A stretch of 51,531 nt of DNA from Candidatus Velthaea sp. (GCA_050012475.1 JBEKHC010000028.1:1-51531), one strand, 5' to 3'; shown: positions 27,516 to 38,578, counted from the first letter of the stretch. A program made the numbers and translations. The notes: a model not told the origin generated them from the letters alone.

Positions 27516-28411
27516 GCGTTCCTCGACGGACGGCGGCGCTGCACTGCGGCGTTGTGAGCTGCCGCGTGCCGGGTCAAACCGGACTCGCTCGGTGCGCTTC
27601 TCGTGTCAGACGAGATCGGTGCCGAGTCACACGCTTGACACACACCACGTGTCGAGGTCGACCGTTCGTGCCGCTCGCTGCCGGGTTGTACTTCGCATGG
27701 CATCACCGCCGATTCTTTTCTCGGTGTCGTCATCGTCGGCGACGACTTCGACGCCCTCGCTCGTACGGCGCGTTCAAGCTGGCCCAGACGTTCGACGCGG
27801 TCAGCGGTCGCTCGCTGTGCATCTAAAGGGTACTCCTGCGACGCCCACTTCGACGGCTTTCACCATCGGCGGCGAACCCAGCGAACCGCAGCGCGTCTGG
27901 TGATTCGGCCGGGTCGATCAAGTGCTGGTTCACGGTGCAATGCTCGCGCTTGCCGTGCAACCGTTGTCGAAGGTTATCCCGCCTGCAAATGGCGCATCGG
28001 GCGTGCACGCGCACCGGACGACGATGACCCCGTTGCATTACCAACGTACTCAATAGGGCGCGGCGGACGCCGTCATGAGCAACATCGCATCCGACGGTGT
28101 TACACCCGTTACAACGCAGCGATTGCATCGCTCAAATGGTCTCGATGACGTTTGCTGCAGCCGGCGTCACGTGCATGTTGTGAACCGTAACACAACTCCA
28201 TCATCGATCCGGTAAAAAAATAAGTTTCTGAGAAAGCCGCTGCGCCTATTGTGCCCCAAAGCACTGGCCGCGGATTACTGCGTAGAACATTATTCTAGGA
28301 CTTCATTCGGCAGTATCGCGATCCATTGTGGGATCCGTTGTGGTATGTCCGCACGCGATGCTCGACCCAGGCTCCGATCGTCGGAGACTCGCAGACTCAT
28401 GAGGAACATGT

Positions 28412-30118
28412 ATGCACGATAGAATCAATCGGGCAGCGTTAGCATGCCTTGCATTCGTTACCGCGTCGTCGCCCGCCGTCGCGCAACAGACGCGCGGACC
28501 GGCCGTTCAAGTAAACGGCGGTGCCGCGGGTTCGCCCGGCGGATTGCTCCGAGAATTTCGCCCGATCGGCGGGGGCGGCAACGACCTCAGAAATCCGGCG
28601 CTCAATGCGGTTCCGGGCAATCCCGAGTTGGCATTGACGCCGCTGTTGTTCGCGCCCGGCACCAACGACGGATTGATCGCCGGCCCCAATCCTCGAACGA
28701 TCAGCAACGTGATCGCCGGGGGCTCGGGCGCCGGCGGACAAGACGCTCAAACAACCGATCCCGTGCTTTCGGCCTGGATGTACGTGTTCGGTCAATTCGT
28801 CGACCATGATATCGATCTCGAGGAAACGCCTGCGAATTCGGCGGCGATCAACATCGCTATCCCGGCGGGAGACCCGACATTCCAAGCCGGGACGGTCATC
28901 GCGATGACGCGCGATACGCGCAATCCGGCCACCAACACGATCGTCAACACCGTTGCGGGTTATCTGGACCTCTCGCAGCTCTACGGCTCAACCGCGGCGG
29001 TGGCGACCTCGCTGGTCAATCCCGACGGCACGCTGCAAAGCTCGTACAACGGTCTGGCGCTGCCGGTTGTGAACAACATGTTCGTCACCGGCGACCCACG
29101 CGTGATGGAAAATCCGGAGCTCACGGCGGTGACCACGCTTTTCATGCGCGAACACAACTTCTGGGTCCGCAGTCTCAAGGTTCGGCATCCCAACTGGACC
29201 GCGGGCCAGCTGTACGGTATGGCCAAAGCGATCACGACGGCAGAATATCAAAACATCATCTACTCCGAATATTTACCGGCGCTCCTGGGGCCGGTGCTGG
29301 GACCGTATCGCGGCTACGATCCGACGGTCAACGCGCAAGTAAGTCAAGAGTTTTCGACCGCCGCGTTTCGCATGGGTCATTCACAAGTCTCGGACACGCA
29401 AGAGGGTCTCGGCCCCAACGGAAACGTGCTTTTCACGGAGTCGATCGCGCAAGCGTTTTTCAATACCGCCTCCATCGACGTGGCCAACGGCATCGATCCG
29501 CTGCTGCGCTCGCTCGGGGCGGATTACTCGCAGGCAACCGACCCTTACACCGTCGCGGCACTGCGCAATCTGTTGGTTGCGGGCTTGGTCGGGGGAGACG
29601 TCGATCAGATCGACCTCATCGCGATCGACGTGCAGCGGGAACGGGACGTCGGCCTCGGCACGCTCAATCAGACGCGGCGCGCGATCGGCATGCAGCCGTA
29701 CGCGTCGTTTGCACAACTGACGAGCGATCCGGAGCTCCAGCGGGATTATGCCGCGGTTTACGGCTCGATCGACAACGTCGATCTCTTCATGGGCGGCTTG
29801 GCCGAAGCTCATGCGCCCGGCGCCAACGTGGGACCGACATTTCAATTCATCATCGCCAACCAGTTCTCGCGCTTGCGGACAGGCGACCGATTCTTCTGGC
29901 AGAACCAGGGCTTCGACGCGCAGACCGCAGCGATGATCTCTTCGGCGACCGTGTCCACGCTGTTGCGCCGTGATTCGACGGTCGCGAACGCACCGTCAAA
30001 CGTCTTCATCGAAGCGCCGGTAACCGCAGTACGACATGTCAAAGCCCACGTTGCGCCGCCAGCCGTCATCGACGCGCACGGACGCCGCGGCAAGCCGTTC
30101 CTCAACGACGGCACCTAA
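28412..30118 (+). CDS. Secreted animal-type heme peroxidase (peroxidase-cyclooxygenase superfamily)
   Basis: FGQFVDHD (distal His), GDPRVME, FMREHN, AAFRMGHS (proximal His), GDRFFW; signal peptide; RBS GAGGA. Confidence 0.9.
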   Translation: MHDRINRAALACLAFVTASSPAVAQQTRGPAVQVNGGAAGSPGGLLREFRPIGGGGNDLRNPALNAVPGNPELALTPLLFAPGTNDGLIAGPNPRTISNVIAGGSGAGGQDAQTTDPVLSAWMYVFGQFVDHDIDLEETPANSAAINIAIPAGDPTFQAGTVIAMTRDTRNPATNTIVNTVAGYLDLSQLYGSTAAVATSLVNPDGTLQSSYNGLALPVVNNMFVTGDPRVMENPELTAVTTLFMREHNFWVRSLKVRHPNWTAGQLYGMAKAITTAEYQNIIYSEYLPALLGPVLGPYRGYDPTVNAQVSQEFSTAAFRMGHSQVSDTQEGLGPNGNVLFTESIAQAFFNTASIDVANGIDPLLRSLGADYSQATDPYTVAALRNLLVAGLVGGDVDQIDLIAIDVQRERDVGLGTLNQTRRAIGMQPYASFAQLTSDPELQRDYAAVYGSIDNVDLFMGGLAEAHAPGANVGPTFQFIIANQFSRLRTGDRFFWQNQGFDAQTAAMISSATVSTLLRRDSTVANAPSNVFIEAPVTAVRHVKAHVAPPAVIDAHGRRGKPFLNDGT

Positions 30119-30236
30119 TTCGGGGACGATGCCGGCAGCGTGAATAGCGCGGTGCCGATGCCGTCAAGGAGAGCGGGGCGGCTGGATCGAGCATCGATTC
30201 GGCCCTCCCGCGACGGTTGCGGGACGCGCGGGCGGC

Positions 30237-31007
30237 TCACAGATCGTAATCGATGGTGACGGGAGCGTGATCGGAAAAGCGTTGCTCGCGATAGATCGAC
30301 GCGGCGCGCACCCGTCCGGCAAGATCGGGAGTGATCAGCTGGTAGTCGATTCGCCAACCGAGATTGCGTTCGAATGCGTTCGGCCAATTCGCCCACCAGG
30401 AAAATTCGCGGGTGCCGCTATTGACAACGCGAAACGCGTCGACCCAGCCGACGCGGTCGACGACGTCGTCGAACCAGCGCCGTTCGTCGGGCAGAAAGCC
30501 CGTCGTCCGGGCGCAGGCTTTGGGATCGAACACATCGATGTCGCGGTGTGCGATGTTGTAGTCGCCGCACACGATGGTTGCGACGTTGCGGTTCTTGAGC
30601 GTGACGAGCGTGGCGATGAAGCGGTCCAGAAACGCATACTTCACCGCTTGCCGAGCCGGACCGCTGGTACCGGACGGAACGTAGAGCGATCCGATCGTGA
30701 GGTCGCCGAACTCCATGCGCACGAAGCGTCCCTCGACGTCCACGTCGCTCAGCCCCGTGCCGCGCTCGACCGCGGCGGGTTTGCGGCGGCTGTAGATCGC
30801 AACGCCGCTATAGCCTTTCTTCTGCGCATCGACGAAGGCGTAATGGTAGTCCGGAAGATCGATGGCTTCGGGCGGCAGCTGGTGTTCCTGCGCTTTGGTT
30901 TCCTGAATGCAGACGACGTCGGGCCGCTGCGCGTCCATCCAGCCAAAGAAGCCCTTGCGCGCAGCCGCACGGATACCGTTGGCGTTAAAGGTGATGACGC
31001 GAAACAT
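30237..31007 (-). CDS. xth: Exodeoxyribonuclease III
   Basis: TFNANGIRAA, QETKA, GYSGVA, YVPSG, GDYNIAH, GWRIDY, SDHAPV. Confidence 0.95.
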   Translation of the reverse strand: MFRVITFNANGIRAAARKGFFGWMDAQRPDVVCIQETKAQEHQLPPEAIDLPDYHYAFVDAQKKGYSGVAIYSRRKPAAVERGTGLSDVDVEGRFVRMEFGDLTIGSLYVPSGTSGPARQAVKYAFLDRFIATLVTLKNRNVATIVCGDYNIAHRDIDVFDPKACARTTGFLPDERRWFDDVVDRVGWVDAFRVVNSGTREFSWWANWPNAFERNLGWRIDYQLITPDLAGRVRAASIYREQRFSDHAPVTIDYDL

Positions 31008-31099
31008 CGTTGGCGTGTGTTCCGTTCGCGGCGACGTGCTCCCGCCCAGCGATCGCGGCCGGGACGCACGCGTCACCGGCCGCGACGGATGGGCCGCGA

Positions 31100-32074
31100 C
31101 TATTTTGAGTAGAGGTAGTTCTTGACGTCGGCGCTGTCGACGTTGTCTTTGGTGATGATGGCTTCGCCGGTGCCGTAGTGCTTCTCGAAGTCGCGCTTGC
31201 CTTTGAGGTATTGCACGCCGTACTGGACGCCCAGTTCACCGATATGATACGGGTCTTGCGCGACGAGTGCGGCGATCGTCCCGGATTTCACCGCTTCGAC
31301 TTGGGTCGGCTCGGCGTCGAACTCGACGAGTTTGAGTTTTCCCGACAAACCGAGTTCATTTGCTGCCGCCGTGACGCCGCCGCCGGTCACGACGTTGGTG
31401 GCGAACACGCCGGCCAGGTCGTTGTTGGCGGCGACCAAACCCTTGGTGACGGTGTTCGCGCGGGTCGGATTGTCGCCCGTGAAGGTCACGCCCAGGCTCT
31501 TGATCCCCGAATATTTGGCCAGCTCCTTATTGAAGCCCTCAACGCGCTCGTCGGTCGTGCTGATGCCGGGGGAGACGCTGACGACAGCGACTTTCCCGGT
31601 TTTGTTGATCGCACCAGCGAGTGCGTCGGCGACCTTCTCGCCGCCCGCCACGTTGTCGGACGAGATCGTGGTAACGGCGACGGACGGGTCGCTCAAGGTC
31701 GTATCGACCAAGATCACCGGGATGTGCGCGGCCACGGCGCGTGCGATCGGCTCCTGCAGCGCGACTTTGTCGGTCGGCGCGATCAGGATCAGGTCGGGTT
31801 TCTGCGCGATCGCCGCGTTCAGATACGGCAGCTGGGTGGATGGGCTGAAGGCTGCCGGCGAACCGCTGAACTGGACGGTCGCGCCTTCCTTTTGCGCTTC
31901 GGCCTGAGCGCCGTGGTTCATTGTGATATAAAAAGCATCGGACGCGATGCCCGCGATGAGGACGATTTTATAGGGCTCGGCAGCAGTCGCGCGCGGCATG
32001 CTGCGCGGGACCGTCAGCGTGCCCAGGCCCGCGAGAGCGGCCAGCGCGGTGACGGTAAGTAGTCGCTTGGACAT
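31100..32074 (-). CDS. Sugar ABC transporter substrate-binding protein (RbsB-like)
   Basis: Signal peptide; PVILVDT, SDNVAGG, FDA, QDPYHIG. Confidence 0.9.
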   Translation of the reverse strand: MSKRLLTVTALAALAGLGTLTVPRSMPRATAAEPYKIVLIAGIASDAFYITMNHGAQAEAQKEGATVQFSGSPAAFSPSTQLPYLNAAIAQKPDLILIAPTDKVALQEPIARAVAAHIPVILVDTTLSDPSVAVTTISSDNVAGGEKVADALAGAINKTGKVAVVSVSPGISTTDERVEGFNKELAKYSGIKSLGVTFTGDNPTRANTVTKGLVAANNDLAGVFATNVVTGGGVTAAANELGLSGKLKLVEFDAEPTQVEAVKSGTIAALVAQDPYHIGELGVQYGVQYLKGKRDFEKHYGTGEAIITKDNVDSADVKNYLYSK

Positions 32075-32113
32075 GAGTCGCGTTCTCCTTTTTGGATGAA
32101 ATGCGGTCGAGTC

Positions 32114-33172
32114 TCAGGTGACCCGGCGGCGCCGGATCTGGTCGACCAGGACGGCAACGATGATGATTGCGCCGACCACGACGTCTTGCCAGAACGACGA
32201 GATCCCTTGGATGGTGAATCCATAGCGCAAGACGGTTGGAATGAATGCGCCGATGACGGTACCCACGATCGAGCCGGTTCCGCCGAACAGGCTCGTGCCG
32301 CCGATGACGACGGCCGCGATAGCGTCGAGATTGTCGAGGCTGTGCCCTTGGATGTCGGTCGAATGAAAGCGCGCGAGGTCGAGCACGCCCGCTAACCCCG
32401 CCATGAATCCCGCGAAGACGTAGACCCAAATGACGTGGCTGTTGACCGGAACGCCCGCTAGGCGCGAACCCTCGAGGTTGCTGCCGACCGCGAAGGTTCG
32501 GCGACCGAACAGCGTGCGCGTCAGAACGACGTGCGTGACGACGGCGACGAACGCCGCGACGACGACCAGCGTCGGCAAACCAAAGATGAGGTTGCCGTTG
32601 CCCAGCGTGTTGGCGAAACTCCCGGGAATCGGCGGAATCGCCGATTGGCCGGCGGCCCCGCCCGAACTCACCAAGTCTCCCAGCCCATTGGCGATGCTGA
32701 AGACACCCAGCGTCACGATGAAGGCCGGCATGCGCAACCGCGTCACCAGCACGCCGTTGATCAAGCCGAAGAGCGTGCCGACGCAGATGCCCGCCGCAAT
32801 TCCCAGCGGAATCGCGATTGCCGCATTGGGAAACTGGCCGCTCGCCACGAGCGCCGGCGGGCCGCCGGTTTGCGCCATCGTCCACGACGCGATGACGCCC
32901 GAAAACATCAGCACGGTGCCGACCGAAAGATCGATGCCGGCGGTGACGATGACGAACGTCTCGCCGATCGCGAGCAGCAAGATTTCGGCGGTGTCCCAGG
33001 CGATGTTGATGAAGTTGGAGCGCTCGAAAAACGCGTGATTTGGGCTGATGATACTGAAAAATGCCAGCAGCGCGATGAGCACCAGGAAAATGTAGAGATT
33101 CATCGAGCGAGTCAAGACGTTGCCCGGCTTGCTCGCCGGCGTCGTTTGCCCGGGTGACGCGGGTTGGCTCAC
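32114..33172 (-). CDS. Sugar ABC transporter permease (RbsC-like)
   Basis: GIDLSVG, PAFIVTLG, AIAAVVIGGTSLFGG. Confidence 0.92.
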   Translation of the reverse strand: MSQPASPGQTTPASKPGNVLTRSMNLYIFLVLIALLAFFSIISPNHAFFERSNFINIAWDTAEILLLAIGETFVIVTAGIDLSVGTVLMFSGVIASWTMAQTGGPPALVASGQFPNAAIAIPLGIAAGICVGTLFGLINGVLVTRLRMPAFIVTLGVFSIANGLGDLVSSGGAAGQSAIPPIPGSFANTLGNGNLIFGLPTLVVVAAFVAVVTHVVLTRTLFGRRTFAVGSNLEGSRLAGVPVNSHVIWVYVFAGFMAGLAGVLDLARFHSTDIQGHSLDNLDAIAAVVIGGTSLFGGTGSIVGTVIGAFIPTVLRYGFTIQGISSFWQDVVVGAIIIVAVLVDQIRRRRVT

Positions 33173-33176
33173 CCCG

Positions 33177-33965
33177 TCAGCTTTCGATCTTCGCGACGTA
33201 ATCGGCCGTCGCGCCGGTCATGAACGCGACGACGTCGGTCATCGACGTTTCGGCGCGCCGCATCTCACGCACGGTCCGCCCCAACCGCAAGATCGTGATC
33301 CGGTCGGCAACCTCGAAGACCTCGGGCATACTGTGGCTGATCATGATCACCGCGATCCCCGAACTCTTGATCCGTTTGATCAGATTGAGCACCATTGCCG
33401 ATTCGCGCACGCCCAGTGCCGCGGTCGGCTCGTCCATGATGACGATGCGTTTGCCCCAGGCCGTGGCGCGCGCGACCGCGATGGCTTGCCGCTGGCCGCC
33501 CGAGAGCGTGAACACCGGCTGCTGAACCGACGAAAGGCCGACGTGGAGATCGTCGATTTCCTGACGCGCGCGCTCGCGCATGAGACGGTCGTCAAGAAAG
33601 CCCAGCCAGCCGAGCACGCCGCCCAGCCGCGCCTCGCGCCCGAGAAAGAGATTCGAGGCAACGTCAAGTGCCGGCGCGAGCGCCAGATCCTGATAGACCG
33701 TCTCGATGCCGTGATCGCGAGCGTCTTGCGGCGACGTGAAGCGAACGGGCGTCCCGTCGAGGGTGAGTTCGCCCCCGTCGGGCTCGAATGCGCCGGAAAG
33801 AATCTTGATGAGAGTCGATTTGCCGGCGCCGTTATCGCCCACGAGCGCGGATACTTCGCCCGTGTATGCGCGGAAGTTTGCGTCGCTCAGTGCCGTTACG
33901 CGCCCGAAGGTCTTGGCGATTCCACGCGCTTCGAGAATGGGGGTTTGTTCCGTCGCCGCCGTCAT
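33177..33965 (-). CDS. Sugar ABC transporter ATP-binding protein (single ABC domain)
   Basis: GDNGAGKST, LSGGQRQ, IMDEPTAALG, ISH. Confidence 0.93.
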   Translation of the reverse strand: MTAATEQTPILEARGIAKTFGRVTALSDANFRAYTGEVSALVGDNGAGKSTLIKILSGAFEPDGGELTLDGTPVRFTSPQDARDHGIETVYQDLALAPALDVASNLFLGREARLGGVLGWLGFLDDRLMRERARQEIDDLHVGLSSVQQPVFTLSGGQRQAIAVARATAWGKRIVIMDEPTAALGVRESAMVLNLIKRIKSSGIAVIMISHSMPEVFEVADRITILRLGRTVREMRRAETSMTDVVAFMTGATADYVAKIES

Positions 33966-34016
33966 CTGTGCGCAACGTTTGCGCTATGAGATTTGGTACC
34001 TGTGTCGTGGTAAAGC

Positions 34017-34448
34017 TTATTTGGCTAGGGGGCCTTCGCGCCCGAGAGCCGCCCAGCAGCCTTCTTCAAAGGAGCGAAAGCGGAGCGGAGCGGCAGGGCA
34101 CTGGCTTAGCCGGGTGAGGTGATCGGCGCGGGCAATGCTGTACGCCATCTTATGTGCGGAACAGTCGAGGGTGCAGGAATAGCCGTGGAACGTTGAGGCT
34201 TGCGACACGGAAACGGCAGCGGCTGCGCTGCCCGTCGTCGTCGGCGCGACAGAAACACCGGATGCCGTCGATGTCCGATCATCGTCGGCGACCGTTGCGG
34301 CCGGCGCGGGCTGTGGCGCGACCGACGACGACGAGTGGCTGAGACCGAACATGATCATTACCGCGACAACCACGGCGCCGACGATTGCGGTCTGCTTGGG
34401 GAGGAACCCCCCGGACGGTTGGAGTGTGACCTTGGCTTCCGCTTCCAT
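34017..34448 (-). CDS. Membrane-anchored hypothetical protein with a small 4-Cys C-terminal domain
   Basis: RBS AGGAG; one TM helix; FHGYSCTLDCSAH...C...SFEEGC. Confidence 0.7.
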   Translation of the reverse strand: MEAEAKVTLQPSGGFLPKQTAIVGAVVVAVMIMFGLSHSSSSVAPQPAPAATVADDDRTSTASGVSVAPTTTGSAAAAVSVSQASTFHGYSCTLDCSAHKMAYSIARADHLTRLSQCPAAPLRFRSFEEGCWAALGREGPLAK

Positions 34449-35684
34449 GCTCCTACGATAGCTTGGCGGTCCTAGCGTCAATAGGGGATAAAGTCCTAGG
34501 TCCGGCGGCCTATCGATAAGTGTCGTCCCAGGTGTAGATACAAGGCGCTCGGGCGCGCAAAAGCGGGCCTGCAAATGTGGTATGACGGGTGACGCTAACG
34601 CTCGTCGTGTCGGCGTTTCCGGGACGTCCGGCTCGCCCGCGGTTCGCGCGAAGAAAGCACGGATTGTACGCACGAATCGTGCCCCGCTCGACGGCATCCG
34701 AACCGGCAAAAGGCAAGGCCCGAAAGACAACTGAAGGAGTTCCTCACTTGATTCGGGCCGTGGAGCCAAGAGCGCCCGTGGCTTCCCGGAGACGCGATGG
34801 CGTCGGGGCTCGGCGGGCAAACCCAGCGCGGCCGCCCTAACCTTGCGCCCATAGCCGAAGCATCGGATCGGACCTTCCCGTGCTCCCGGGCGCCTAAGCA
34901 GCAAGCGTCGTCTCGATCGATTCGTTCATGGGTGCGGGTAAACGTTCGGCACCGAGGATCGCGCAATCGAGGCATTGCACGAGGTGGCCGAGGCGGGCAT
35001 CGCTGGGCTCATCGTGTGCGATGCGGCAGTCGGGGCAAATGCACGGATATTCCATGCAGTCAACATACGAGGGCCGAGTGCCAAGTGTATGTCACTCTGT
35101 CACGCTCGTTGCGCCGCGTCCGGCCGATGCAGGGCGTGAATCATGCGACGACGCCGCTCGTACGTGATGCCGAACCACAGCGACGGTGCTGGAAACGGAT
35201 CGCCGGCGGGCTTCGGGCATCGGGCCGCGGTGTGAGACCTTTCGGCGCAGCTCAGCGCGGACTGAATGTCCCGCCGGATACCGCTGGCGGCTGGTCCCGC
35301 GGGGAGGTGATGCGCGAAAAGGTCCGCCGGCCGGTACCCCGCGCCGAACGCGACGTCCGCTGGCAGAAGGCGCGTTGAAGTTGGTGCGTTGTGCCCGGAG
35401 TCGTTCTTGATGAACCGAGCGCGGAGACGTGGCGACGTCAGCCGTCAGGTGAAACTCCGCTTGCAGGCAAGAAGAAGAACGCCGTGCAGCGACGATGCGC
35501 GATCGAAGCAGCGATTCGTTCGCACCGCAGGCGTTGACGCGGGGACGGCGCGGGGCGAAATCATCGCACGATAAAGGAACCGGCACGTCCGCGTGCGAGA
35601 ACGGTAACTCGGTGACGAGCGCAACGCGTTCGTGCTGCTTGGCCGGGCAAAACGGCGTGCGGGCCTTTCGGAAAGGACGGACGG

Positions 35685-37331
35685 ATGACGACTCAAGTGA
35701 GTGCAAACGCCAAAGCGGCAGCTTGGACCGCCCTCGAGACCCATTATCAGCAGGCGCGCGCGCTGCAGTTGCGCGATCTCTTCGCGCAGGATCCGGGGCG
35801 CGCGGAACACTTTACGGTCGAGGCGGCGGGCATCTTCTTGGACTATTCCAAGAATCGCATCACCGAGCAGACGTGCAAGCTGCTCGTCGAGCTCGCCGGG
35901 GCCTGCGGATTGCGCGCGCGCATCGACGCGATGTTTCGCGGCGACAAGATCAACCGGTCGGAGAACCGGGCGGTGCTTCACGTTGCGCTGCGCGCTCCGA
36001 GCGGCACGTCGATCGTGGTCGACGGCGAAAACGTGGTCCCGGCGGTCCACGCGGTGCTCGACAAGATGGAAGGTTTCGCGAATAGCGTGCGCAGCGGAGC
36101 ATGGAAAGGTCACACCGGCAAACCCATCGCCAACGTCGTCAACATCGGCATCGGCGGCTCGGACCTGGGTCCGGTGATGGCGTACGAGGCGTTGCGCTAC
36201 TACAGCCGGCGCGACCTGACGTTTCGCTTCGTCTCGAACGTCGATGCGACGGACTTTGCCGAAGCCGTGCGCGACCTCGATCCGGCGCAAACGCTCTTCA
36301 TCGTCGCCTCGAAAACGTTCACCACGCTCGAGACGATGACCAACGCGCACCTCGCGCGACAGTGGTCCGTCGGCGGCTTGGGCGGCGACGAAACAGCGGT
36401 CGCCAAGCATTTCGTGGCCGTCTCCACGAATGCCGAAAAGGTCGCGCAATTCGGCATCGACACCGCGAACATGTTCGGGTTTTGGGACTGGGTCGGCGGC
36501 CGCTATTCGATGGACTCGGCGATCGGCTTGTCGACGATGCTGGCAATCGGACCGCCGAATTTCCGCGCGATGCTCGCCGGTTTTCACGAGATGGACGAGC
36601 ACTTTCGCGGCACCCCGTTCGAGCGCAATTTGCCCGTCCTGCTGGGCCTCTTGGCGGTCTGGTACAACGATTTCTTCGGCGCTCAAACGGTGGCCGTGCT
36701 GCCGTACGAACAATATCTCAAACGGTTTCCCGCCTACCTCCAGCAGCTCACGATGGAGAGCAACGGCAAACACGTCACGCTGAGCGGCGACCCGGTGAGC
36801 TGCGATACCGGCCCGATCTATTGGGGCGAGCCCGGAACCAACGGCCAGCATTCGTTCTATCAGCTGATCCATCAGGGAACGCGCTTGATTCCGTGCGACT
36901 TCATCGCTTTCATCGAATCGCTCAACGATCTGGGCACGAGTCACGACATGCTCTTGGCAAACGTCTTCGCGCAAGGCGAAGCGCTGGCATTCGGCAAGAC
37001 GGCGGCGGAAGTGAAGAGCGAAGGGTCGCCGGATTGGCTCGTGCCGCACCGCGTCTTCGAGGGAAACCGGCCGTCCAATACCCTGCTGCTCGAGCGTCTC
37101 ACCCCGGCTGCGCTCGGCAAGCTCGTCGCACTCTACGAGCACAGCGTCTTCACGCAAGCCGCAATCTGGGACATCGATGCCTTCGACCAGTGGGGAGTCG
37201 AATTAGGAAAAGTGCTCGCCCAACGGATCATCCCGGAACTCGACGGCGCAAAGAAACTTCCGCTTGCACACGATTCGTCGACGAACGCCCTCATCGAGCG
37301 CTATCGCACGCGCAAGCCGCAGCGACATTGA
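35685..37331 (+). CDS. pgi: Glucose-6-phosphate isomerase
   Basis: [44 protein letters not shown]. Confidence 0.98.
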   Translation: MTTQVSANAKAAAWTALETHYQQARALQLRDLFAQDPGRAEHFTVEAAGIFLDYSKNRITEQTCKLLVELAGACGLRARIDAMFRGDKINRSENRAVLHVALRAPSGTSIVVDGENVVPAVHAVLDKMEGFANSVRSGAWKGHTGKPIANVVNIGIGGSDLGPVMAYEALRYYSRRDLTFRFVSNVDATDFAEAVRDLDPAQTLFIVASKTFTTLETMTNAHLARQWSVGGLGGDETAVAKHFVAVSTNAEKVAQFGIDTANMFGFWDWVGGRYSMDSAIGLSTMLAIGPPNFRAMLAGFHEMDEHFRGTPFERNLPVLLGLLAVWYNDFFGAQTVAVLPYEQYLKRFPAYLQQLTMESNGKHVTLSGDPVSCDTGPIYWGEPGTNGQHSFYQLIHQGTRLIPCDFIAFIESLNDLGTSHDMLLANVFAQGEALAFGKTAAEVKSEGSPDWLVPHRVFEGNRPSNTLLLERLTPAALGKLVALYEHSVFTQAAIWDIDAFDQWGVELGKVLAQRIIPELDGAKKLPLAHDSSTNALIERYRTRKPQRH

Positions 37332-37393
37332 ATGCGCAGCGAAGTTGTTGACGGTCACGCTGCGAAGCCCGCGGCGGTGGGTATAGGATCCAG

Positions 37394-37798
37394 ATGAATA
37401 AGTTTCGTTCCACGATCCTGGCTGTTGCGCTGTTCGCGGGCGGAGCCGGGCAACCGGCGCTCGCCCTGGACAATCCGCTGATAGTCGACCTGCAAACAGT
37501 CAAGAATGCGCAATCCGAAGCCTCGGCGACGATCTTCGGTTCGGGATCCAACGTGCTCGTGAATGTCACGGTGCGCGGCGGCGGCGTTCCCAAGGCCGCA
37601 GCGATCACGCTCAACGACGGCAGTTGCGCGAAACCGGGCGACATCGCTTTCGCGCTCTCGGGGCTTTCCGACAATCAGTCGCTCACCAAACTCGATCATT
37701 CGCTCACCGACGTTGCCGGCAAAGCAAAGTCGCTGGTGATCCATCAGACGTCGAACCTGACGTCGCCGGCCTACGCCTGCGGGAAGGTGACCGGCTGA
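37394..37798 (+). CDS. Small secreted protein, CHRD/SOD-like beta-sandwich (tentative)
   Basis: Signal peptide; GSC...IH...ACG pattern. Confidence 0.65.
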   Translation: MNKFRSTILAVALFAGGAGQPALALDNPLIVDLQTVKNAQSEASATIFGSGSNVLVNVTVRGGGVPKAAAITLNDGSCAKPGDIAFALSGLSDNQSLTKLDHSLTDVAGKAKSLVIHQTSNLTSPAYACGKVTG

Positions 37799-37999
37799 GC
37801 GTCACTGCGCAGACGCAGGAATTGCCCGCATTGCTCCCAACCAACATTTTATGGTTGCCGATCGTTCGGCACGGTGTGATTCCCCGCTAGGGGACGTCTT
37901 TTGCCGTCGCGCAGCGATCGCAGAATCTGCGTCGCGCAAACGTGCAAAGTAGAGAATGATTCCATTCGGACGCCCGACGTGGGCCTGAACAGTCGTCGT

Positions 38000-38578
38000 A
38001 TGCGGAACATTGCGGGCCTCGCGTCGGTCGGCGTTCCGTTTGCCATCGTCGTCCACCTCATTGCCGAAGCGGCGGCGCTCGGACACGACGGCCTCGATGT
38101 CGACTTCGTCGCCCGGCACGGCTATTTCGCGGCGCTCGTCTCGGCAGCGGTCTGGTGGTTCGCCGCGACGGTCGGCGTCGGAAAGCCGAGCGCCGAACGC
38201 CGTCGCCGGTGCGCGATCCTGCGCGCCGATCTGGCGGCCCTGCGCGGTTCGCGCGGACTGCTGGTTTTGGGTGTTGCGCAGCTTGCTTTTTTTGGGACTA
38301 CGCAGGCCGTCGAGGGTGTGCCCATCGCATCGGGAGCCGCGGCGTTGGGGTTGGGCATCGCCTTTGCCGGTTCACTGCTCTCGGCGTGCGTGGTCTTTTT
38401 CTTCGGCCGCTCGCTCATCGTCGCCGGTCTCGAAGCCGCCATCGGTTGCCTGCCGTCGCGCTTGGCGCCGGCGTCCATTGCGCGCCGGAAACGCGCGGTC
38501 GTCGGGCCGCGCCGCGCGGCGTCGGCCTTCACGTTGTTCGTTCCGAATCGGCCGCCCCCGTTCGCATCCCAAATCTGA
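38000..38578 (+). CDS. Membrane protein with C-terminal RPPP motif, putative arrest leader for the downstream TonB-dependent receptor
   Basis: About four hydrophobic segments, His residues, basic linker, then VPNRPPPFASQI-stop 33 nt before the receptor start. Confidence 0.75.
   Translation: MRNIAGLASVGVPFAIVVHLIAEAAALGHDGLDVDFVARHGYFAALVSAAVWWFAATVGVGKPSAERRRRCAILRADLAALRGSRGLLVLGVAQLAFFGTTQAVEGVPIASGAAALGLGIAFAGSLLSACVVFFFGRSLIVAGLEAAIGCLPSRLAPASIARRKRAVVGPRRAASAFTLFVPNRPPPFASQI

Noticed and set aside
28262..28345. Sigma54 promoter or 12-bp GATCC(A/G)TTGTGG tandem repeat upstream of the peroxidase
   Set aside because: The -24/-12 spacing does not fit, and the repeat is too short to support a function.
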